From the NCBI RefSeq assembly GCF_000281045.1, contig NW_008246116.1, forward strand, positions 149,993 to 169,992: 20,000 nucleotides of DNA, in the 5' to 3' direction. Positions 1 to 20,000 of this stretch are shown piece by piece; within the stretch, counting starts at the first letter, position 1, and each line of letters starts with the position of its first letter. The translations under genes and the position numbers were made by a program. Origin of the DNA: Saprolegnia diclina VS20 (lineage: Eukaryota). Below the pieces are notes generated by a model that saw only the letters and a list, made by a program, of their open reading frames with translations, was not told where the DNA came from and made no database searches.

Positions 1-461
1 GGTGACAAGAACTCGGATAGAAGCGTGCGAAGGTTGTCCAGACCGGAGCAGCGAGTCGCGGTCACCAGCGCCAGCATTGCATCAAAGAGCACTTGATAGT
101 GCTCGAGGAAGATCGCAATCGTCTCGGGCGTGTGGTGGTGCAGCTGAATCTTGCACCAGTTGCGAAACCCGACGTGCATGCGCTCGACGTTGGGCTCGAG
201 CTCGGCCCAGAGCGCCGTGCAGCGCTTGGCGCAGTCGTGACGCCGCGCCTTGAGCACTGCGTCTTCAAAGCGGCGGCACTCGGGCCACGTGCGCTCGACA
301 ATGCGGTACGCATTGCTCGACGTTGAAACCTTGAGCACAAAGACGATGTACTTTCGGGACGGCTTGAGCTGCCCGGGGGGCAGGCGCACGACGGAGCGCA
401 GGATCTCGGTGCGCGCCGGCACTGGGCTCGGGCGCGCGGGCGATGCAGGGCTGCTTTGCAT
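1..461 (-). CDS. Hypothetical protein with PX(phox)-like N-terminal region, 3'-partial (runs off the window start)
   Basis: Open frame from ATG at 461 to the window edge: MQSSPASPARPSPVPARTEILRSVVRLPPGQLKPSRKYIVFVLKVSTSSNAYRIVERTWPECRRFEDAVLKARRHDCAKRCTALWAELEP...LDNLRTLLSEFLS. It is absent from the ORF track because there is no stop in the window. The beta-strand 'YIVFVLKV...IVERTWPECRRF' and terminal 'LSEFL' resemble a PX fold (inference). Confidence 0.65.
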   Translation of the reverse strand, partial: MQSSPASPARPSPVPARTEILRSVVRLPPGQLKPSRKYIVFVLKVSTSSNAYRIVERTWPECRRFEDAVLKARRHDCAKRCTALWAELEPNVERMHVGFRNWCKIQLHHHTPETIAIFLEHYQVLFDAMLALVTATRCSGLDNLRTLLSEFLS

Positions 462-1069
462 CGTCTTGTGCGCTGAAGCAAGCGTGTTTGCAACTGGTCG
501 GGGCCTGGTGGCACGCGGCGCGCAGCGACGGAATCCCACCGGTATCTTGCGTGGGAAATACTAAAATCCCACCTTCTATCTAGTTGATTGTATGCATGTG
601 GGAAATCGGCGGCGTGCAACAGGCCATTATTCCCGACACACGACCACTCGCAGGAGTGAAGAACGTCGGCTACTCGCCGGCGACGCACCCGCCGACGCGA
701 CACCGTTCGACGATGCGCTCGCTTCGATTTTTCGAGACGCTATACTTATAGATCCTAATACAGTAGGAGTTCGCTGCGGCTCGAACCGCTCAAGTCGCTC
801 GGGTTCAAATCCGCACGATGCTCCAGTACCTAAGTTATGGTATATACGCTGTGCTAACCTTAAGTCGAGGAGCAAGCCATCGTCTTGGAAATCAAGCAAC
901 CGCCTTCACGGATCTCATGATGGTCTGGGACAAGGCGCAATCGTTCGAGCCAGAGAAGCGAGTAGCTGGGAGCAAGATGAAGGTCCATCGATCTCGACGA
1001 GCAACCGCGATCTCTGGGTAAACCACAAGAAACCACACATCCATGATTACAATAAGAACTCAGATCGAC

Positions 1070-1588
1070 CTACGTATACTGCGAGCCGACCACGTGATGC
1101 AGCTTGGCGTCGGGCACCAACGTTGGCTCGGGACAAAAGTGGCACTGCAGGTACCAGCTCCAGAGGCACCCGGCGGCAATGGCCAACGCACCGAGAAGCG
1201 CCGACAGCGGACCGTACCCGGCGTTTCGCAGCTCGTACGTGCACAGACACTGGTGCGGCCGTTGTGCTGGAAGGCAGCCCGTCGCATGGTACGGTGCCCC
1301 GACTCGAGCGACGTCATTGCGCGTCGGGCAACAACAGCGTTCGCCACATGCGACAGCAAGCATTGGCGGCGAAAACACACCGAGATCGGCGTGGCACACG
1401 GATGCGTTGCGCAGTACACACGCGTCGCACGCCGTTGTATTTAGCGACGCTGGCGGCGGTCCATAGAACGTCTCGGGGGGCGACGCTGGTAGCGTCAGCA
1501 GCAGCAAACCGAGCGATGCGAGCACGAGAAGGTAGAGAAAGAAGCCGACTTGGCCACGCGAGTAGATGGTCTTGACCGTGTCGCCCAT
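1070..1588 (-). CDS. Small Cys-rich membrane protein (two hydrophobic helices flanking a Cys-rich, probably glycosylated loop)
   Basis: ORF 1070..1639(-), with a likely start at MGDTVK (1588); an upstream Met is possible. Hydrophobic FFLYLLVLASLGLLLLTL, Cys cluster CDAC...C...CGERCCCP...C...CLC, N-glycosylation sequons NTT and NAS, second hydrophobic segment LSALLGALAIAAGCLWSWYL. Confidence 0.65.
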   Translation of the reverse strand: MGDTVKTIYSRGQVGFFLYLLVLASLGLLLLTLPASPPETFYGPPPASLNTTACDACVLRNASVCHADLGVFSPPMLAVACGERCCCPTRNDVARVGAPYHATGCLPAQRPHQCLCTYELRNAGYGPLSALLGALAIAAGCLWSWYLQCHFCPEPTLVPDAKLHHVVGSQYT

Positions 1589-1849
1589 TCTCGACGGAAA
1601 ATGGAGAAAGGACATATCTCGGTAACGGCCTCGAAACATTGGACGCGTTCTTTCGTCCTCGGTCGTTGACAGTGCAAGTCTGCCGCCTCGCGTGCCACTA
1701 CTTCATTGTTGCTTGTGATACTGTAGAACTACGCTAGCCCGCTCGCATGGCTCCTCGTCGCTGGCATTCGCAGCGTCGCCAGGCCGATCGCCAGCAACGG
1801 CAATGTCGCAGATGAAACTGTCATATCTTGAGCCGGCTATTCGCGCCAC

Positions 1850-15150
<13,301 letters not shown>

Positions 15151-15469
15151 ACTCCTATTTAATGCGTCATATATTTTACAGAAGAAGACCCTGGCCCGTG
15201 ACCAAAACTTGAAACAGTGGTGCCTATAGAGTAGAGTGCCGCACCTCCAAACATCATTATTCGAATTCTTAGTACAAGAATACACTGCTAGTGTCGACGG
15301 GTCCAGGATATGTACGTGTCGCCGAGTGTTCACCATGATCTCTCGTAGGTAGTCTCGGACATGACCTTGATCAAATCAAGCCACCTGCACCGATGTAAAG
15401 GTGTTGATCTCTTGCCCAGCACGGACAATGTATCGAGTTTATACAGTCGTCTTCGTGTTCACTCTTTTC

Positions 15470-15833
15470 TTATTGGTAAAAGATTTTGTGGGCAAACGCA
15501 GACCGGTCTGTGGACGCCTGCACGTTATCGTGCAGAATGAGCGGCTCCGAGTACGTCACAAAGCCTTGCTGATACAGTGCATTGACGTTCCTAACAGAGA
15601 CATTATGGGCCTGAGAGCGATGCGCAGGCGACGACGCACCGTCGGTGGTAAATGTACGAGCCGCCCGTGCACGCGCAGAGGAAGAAGAGGACCGCGAACC
15701 AGAACCACCACATGGCCATCCACTCGAGGCCGTCCGCGCTACAGATGCGGACGCCGTCGCTGCGGAGCCAGCACTCGGCGGCGACGGACGGCGCGAGGCC
15801 GAACGCGACGAGCAGCGCAACGGGACGCCCCAT
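15470..15833 (-). CDS. Small single-pass membrane protein with signal peptide (104 aa, 2 exons: 15833-15640 and 15590-15470)
   Basis: MGRPVALLVAFGLAPSVAA (signal-like) ECWLRSDGVRICSADGLEW, TM MAMWWFWFAVLFFLCACTGGSYIY, HRR stop-transfer. A 49-nt GT-AG intron (15639-15591) joins to NVNALYQQGFVTYSEPLILHDNVQASTDRSAFAHKIFYQ*. Confidence 0.7.
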
Positions 15834-16199
15834 GTCTCGCTTGAAAATATGGCTCTTCGCTAAGATCTTTTTGATATCGAAACGGCGCCTTTCTAACCGG
15901 TTGAAGTTTCGGTTAGGTTTCAAAAGGTTATGAACCGAGACCAGCAGCTTGCATCCCAACACCAGCACACAATATTGCATCAACGACAAAAACGAATCCA
16001 AAGTCGCACTACAAGGCTATCGAGGTGAAGCAAGCTGCGGCGATAGGTATGTACGGACGGTGGCGATGTAGCCTTGTTGCTATCCTCCATGGACTCGGGA
16101 ACATTTTCCACTAAAAATGGAGTTGTGAAGAAATTGTCTGTCTTTGGACCGATCGTATTGCTGTATTTCCTTTTATCAACCATTTTCTTTCCGATATAT

Positions 16200-17263
16200 C
16201 TACATCACCGAGCACGATTTCTTGTGTTGGTCGGGCAACGGCACCTCGGTCCTCAGGCTGCCCGTAAACTTGTTGCCGTAGACGATCGTGGCTGTGGGTT
16301 GAATGCCCAGTGGGTTGGGCGTCGAGTGCTCTGCAAACCAGTGCGAGACGTTGCTCGTGACAAAGCGAAAATACTGCCGAAATTGCGTCGTGGCCACCGG
16401 AAGGGACTCGTGTGGCGTCCGGTCCGTGATCCAGTACAGCTCGTTGGCTTGCGGCTCGTAGTACCCGTCACGGTCGGGGTCCAAGACACCGTGGAGGACA
16501 TCCACCTCGCCAAGGGCACCGACAATATCGTTCTCGTCCGCGACGACCGTGTTCCAGACCTAGTCGAACGCATTTCGATGAGTATCCTCGCATCGACAGC
16601 ACGCAGAGTGCGTACCCCACAGGAACTCGCGACCGTGGATGCCATGTAGATGCCGCCAATCAAGCGGTTGGTATGAAACCAGCCGCGCCCCCAGCGGATC
16701 TCTTGCCACTCCGAATGCGACTGCCCAGCCCCGACCTTGCTCACGAGTTTGCTTCCATTCGGAGCTTCGACGTGGAGTCCTGGGCGGCGCTGGGATGTAT
16801 TCGCCTCGACGATACCTTCGTGGATCGTCAAATACCCGATGGAGCCGATCTTGTGGCTGCCTTGGCAGAGGTTGAGGAGAGGGATATACCGCCGGCACTC
16901 GGGCGGCAGTGTTGTCCGTGCTTGGCCAATGATGAACGGCATCATGTTGACGTAGTATGGTTTCGGCTGCGCCTCGCCGTCGACGAGCTGCGCGAGCGGC
17001 GGGGGAAAGTCTACGAGCAGCGAATTGTGGCGAAGGACCTCATCCCGATCGGCGTCGTCGGGCAGCAATCCGATGTCACCCATCTTGACGTAGCCGCGTT
17101 CATTTTGCAGGAGCTGAGACCGCCAGAGCACTCGAAGGTGCTCGACGATACCTCGCAAGATATCAGTGTGGCCGCGTAGGTGGTGGAGAGGGCTGTTGTC
17201 GTCGAGGGTTGCGAGAAGAAGGAGACGAACCACGGGGTTCGCCCATAGTGATGGCGTTGCCAT
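16200..17263 (-). CDS. Putative 2OG-Fe(II) dioxygenase-like protein (335 aa, 2 exons: 17263-16616 and 16559-16200)
   Basis: A 56-nt GT-AG intron (16615-16560) joins ORF 16253..17263 to the frame of ORF 16200..16505. Motifs: NMMPF, GYLTIHEGIVEANTSQRRPGLHVEAP (HxE), GGIYMAS, NELYWITDRTPHESLPV (distal H), RQYFRFV (RxxxR). These are consistent with a double-stranded beta-helix facial triad. Confidence 0.7.
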
Positions 17264-17302
17264 GATGGGAAATGGTTTTTGCGAACACGAGTTGAAAGGT
17301 AT

Positions 17303-17344
17303 GGAATGAACAAGGCACGATTGGCGGATGCGTGCCCAATCAAA
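17303..17344 (-). promoter_or_regulatory. Putative oomycete core promoter (INR plus CCAAT elements) for the oxygenase-like gene
   Basis: On the minus strand, TCATTCC (17309-17303) about 40 nt upstream of the ATG matches the oomycete initiator YCAYTYY. A CCAAT lies at 17324-17320 and TTTGATTGG at 17344-17336. Confidence 0.4.
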
Positions 17345-17745
17345 ACCCGATCTTCATGGATTTATTTCTGTTTTCTGCGATTTTGTGGTTATGTGGAAGA
17401 ACCAGACACTGCGTGACAAGCTCGCGACGAACGGTATGTGGTGTTAGAACAAACAACCCCGCGCTCGAGAAGGCTCTTGGTATTCAGTAGGAACTCTGCC
17501 TACGATATTGCATAAGACACCCAAAAGATGGGGTGGAGGCGAGCTGCACAACATGTACTACTGGTACATGTATTCTGTAACGCCATACTCATATTGTAGT
17601 GGCCTCCGTTGAGCGCTGAGGTGGTGTTTGCGTCTCTACCTTTGCCAGACAACAGCTCTTCTTCAAGTCCAAGTGCAATAGGTACCCAGCAATGAATAGC
17701 CGGAACGGCCAAAGAGGCCAAGGTCAAAGTCGTCTGAAAGGGAAG

Positions 17746-17751
17746 AAAAAA
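17746..17751 (-). terminator. RNA polymerase III oligo-T terminator
   Basis: A TTTTTT run lies 3 nt downstream of the tRNA discriminator base on the minus strand. Confidence 0.7.
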
Positions 17752-17754
17752 GTA

Positions 17755-17819
17755 TGCACCAACCGGGAATCGAACCCGGGGCATCTGAATGGGAACCAGA
17801 TATTTTACCACTAAACCAT
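17755..17819 (-). tRNA. tRNA-Gly-CCC: tRNA-Gly (anticodon CCC); the first ~6 nt are lost in the assembly gap
   Basis: Minus strand ATGGTTTAGTGGTAAAATATCTGGTTCCCATTCAGATGCCCCGGGTTCGATTCCCGGTTGGTGCA: A-box/D-arm, anticodon arm TCTGG-TT-CCC-AT-TCAGA (anticodon at 17793-17791), T-arm CCGGG-TTCGATT-CCCGG, 3' acceptor strand TTGGTGC plus discriminator A. Confidence 0.93.
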
Positions 17820-17919
17820 NNNNNNNNNNNNNNNNNNNNNNNNNNNNNNNNNNNNNNNNNNNNNNNNNNNNNNNNNNNNNNNNNNNNNNNNNNNNNNNNN
17901 NNNNNNNNNNNNNNNNNNN
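17820..17919. other. Assembly gap (100 N)
   Basis: Run of exactly 100 N, a conventional unknown-size gap. Confidence 0.99.
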
Positions 17920-20000
17920 TTTGCGAATCCGCTCGACGTCGGGCAGAGCTTTGCGTTCTACATTCACGGCGTTTGTGGCTACGTCACTCTCGCGTTGGTG
18001 GTCGTCGCCGCCATTGTCGCACTTGCCATGTGCCGACAAGCCACCGGCAGCCCGACGCCGACCGACTGGCTGCGCTGGCACCGCGTTGCCGGCACAACGT
18101 GGGTCGGGCGCCCGCTGCTCGTTGTGCGTGCCCTGGCTGCCACAGCGTGTCTCTCGACCGCGCCTGTCGGCCTCAAACCAGTGGTCGGCGGTGGCAGCAC
18201 CTTTGTGTCGACGCCACGCACGCTGCTCGAGTCGATGGTGCTCGCCGGAGAGTCGCTCTGGCTTGTGTACGTCTTGAACGAACTCGTGCTTTTTTGGACA
18301 AGCCGGCGCACACGTCAGTTGGCGCCAATCGTGGCCACGCTCGTCTTTGGCGTTAGCGTCCTTCTTGACGCCATCTGGCCACCGACCGTGTCGGCGTCGA
18401 TCCACCGCAACTGCCGAGCCTTGCACGTCGACCACGACCTTTTATGTTCGAGCGGCGTTGTCACGATTGGGTACATCGATCGACTCGCCGTGTACCTGGG
18501 TGTGCAGTGCCTTGGCGGTCTTGTGTGCACGGTTCTGTGTCTCCTCTGGCCGTCTCCGAGTGCATCGGTCGTTGCTCCGTCGCTTTTACTGCCGGGCTAT
18601 GCAACTGTGTATTTCTGCGACAGCAGTAGTAACAGCTACGAGTGGCGCATGGACCGCGTGCGGGCCGCACTTAGCGGCCTCGTCCTGTTTACTTACAAAG
18701 GCACGCTGCATGTGTTTGATTATACTCTCTGGCGCTGCCTCTCGGCGAGTGAACTTGGCATGCGCGAAGCTGCGGTCGCGACGTTCTCGCTGCCCCATAC
18801 AGAGCACACCGTGCGTGGCGACAGCCCCGGCCTGGCGCACATGCGTAGCGTCGCGAGCTTCCGCGGCATGCGCGTGCTCATCAAGACGCGCTGGTTCGTC
18901 CGCGGGTCGTGGGCCCTTCTCGGGTTGGCGTACGTGGTGGTCTCGCTCGTCGGCAACGTCTACTACATGACAGTCACGTCCCCGCGCGTGCTCGCGAATG
19001 ACTTTTACTGGGGCAATTTCAACAGCTCGGGCGGCCACACGTTTCTCGCCAACCTCTTCAACACGCAGCTGCTTGCAGACAGGTCCTGCGATATCGCGCT
19101 CGATGACCCTGCCCTCGGCGACATTTGCCAGCTCTACAACTCGTCGACAACCGTCATCGCATTTCCCGAGACGCTCGGTCGTCGCCAGCTCTTCCGCCCT
19201 GTAGAAGACAGCTCCGAAGTCTTAACTACAGTCGTGCGCGACCTCCGCGCCATGGACCCGTGTGCGATGCCCGCCATGTTTACGCAATACTGCTGGCTCG
19301 ACTTTGCGCGTCGCTATGCAATGGCGAGCTCCGCCGCGCGTCAAGATCGGTGCGCTACGACCATGTGGGCGAATGGCGCTGTGTACCTCGAAGGTGTTTT
19401 GCGCAACCTCCGGAGCTGGGACGACTGGCAGCGCTGCTGGGGTCGCTCGTTCCAGCTCGGTTTTGCTGATGACTTGGAGCGCACGAGTGACGGTCGTCGC
19501 TGGCTCGAGAGCACCAAAGACGTGTCGACGACACTTGGTGACGAAGTGGTCTATTGGCAAGCGCAGCGCATACGTCACTTCACGCTGCAGTGGCAAAACT
19601 ACAAGACACTCGGCTTTGCCGACAGCTTTCGCATCACCAACGCGTTGGGGTTCGACTACGATCTGACACTGGCCCTCGTGGATAGCGAGGTGCACTGGCA
19701 CCAGCAGACGTCGCTCAAGATGTACTGGTCGTTTGCGTCCGACCTCTGGGCCATTGCGACCAACACGACGTTTGTCGGTGGGCGTAGTCTGCTGCGTGCG
19801 AGCGCGCGCTTTGCCTTTGCCAACGTGACGAGCGCGATGCTACTGACGCAGAACCTCACGCTCCCGAGTCCACTTCCGGCCGGACTGACGCTGCTGGCAT
19901 CGACGATCGGGCCGTTTGGCAGCGTGGACATGGTCTACGTGCCGTGTCCGGCGTCGCTGCTATCGTGGTACCACCGCATGCTCTCGAGTCTGAACCGACT
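17920..20000 (+). CDS. Large multi-pass transmembrane protein of the expanded Saprolegniales family, partial at both ends
   Basis: Apparently uninterrupted frame from 17920 (FANPLDVGQSFAFYIHGVCGYVTLAL...) to the window end. Motifs WHRVAGTTWVGRPLLVVRA, LAGESLWLVYVL, LANDFYWGNFNSSGGHTFLANLFN, TQYCWLDFARRYAMASSAARQDRC, NGAVYLEGVLRN, LQWQNYK and TSLKMYWSFASDLWA match those I recall from Saprolegnia/Aphanomyces/Achlya 'transmembrane protein' families. Confidence 0.85.

Noticed and set aside
766..825. tRNA-like string containing GGGTTCAAATCC and ending ...GCTCCA
   Set aside because: The T-stem does not pair fully and no D-arm or anticodon arm can be built, so it is probably a chance B-box-like match.
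860..1073. Possible extra 3' exon of the Cys-rich membrane gene via a GTAGGT...CCCAG intron
   Set aside because: The spliced extension gives a featureless peptide, and the AT-richer segment after the stop fits a 3' UTR equally well.
592..1575. 327-aa + strand ORF
   Set aside because: Arg/Ser/Ala-rich with no recognisable motif; it largely overlaps the more protein-like minus-strand membrane gene and looks like a GC-rich shadow ORF.
17500..18435. ORFs spanning the N run (17500..18435 -, 17754..18356 +, 17789..18277 +)
   Set aside because: These are artefacts of translating through the gap and the tRNA; the real CDS is the + frame starting at 17920.

Overview
Eukaryotic, GC-rich, gene-dense DNA with very short GT-AG introns (about 40-70 nt). 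It is most consistent with a saprolegnialean oomycete (Saprolegnia/Achlya-like); this is an inference from intron size and from the transmembrane gene family at the right end. One + strand gene (1850-15150) dominates the window. I spliced it by hand through about 42 introns without an in-frame stop, giving roughly 3,700 aa. Its domain order is LRR solenoid - IQ - about 10 Sfi1-like (centrin-binding) repeats - IQ motifs - KOW/SH3-like - Tudor-like - acidic tract - FN3 - 2x C2H2 - coiled coil - MORN repeats - dynein-stalk/microtubule-binding-domain-like module (no AAA+ motor) - LOTUS/OST-HTH - matrin-type Zn finger - 3x WW. Flanking it are a partial PX-like gene, two small Cys-rich membrane proteins, a two-exon putative 2OG-Fe(II) oxygenase, a tRNA-Gly(CCC) cut by a 100-N gap, and a partial multi-pass membrane protein. 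Many introns carry short perfect or near-perfect inverted repeats. All domain calls are by-eye motif recognition; no searches were run.
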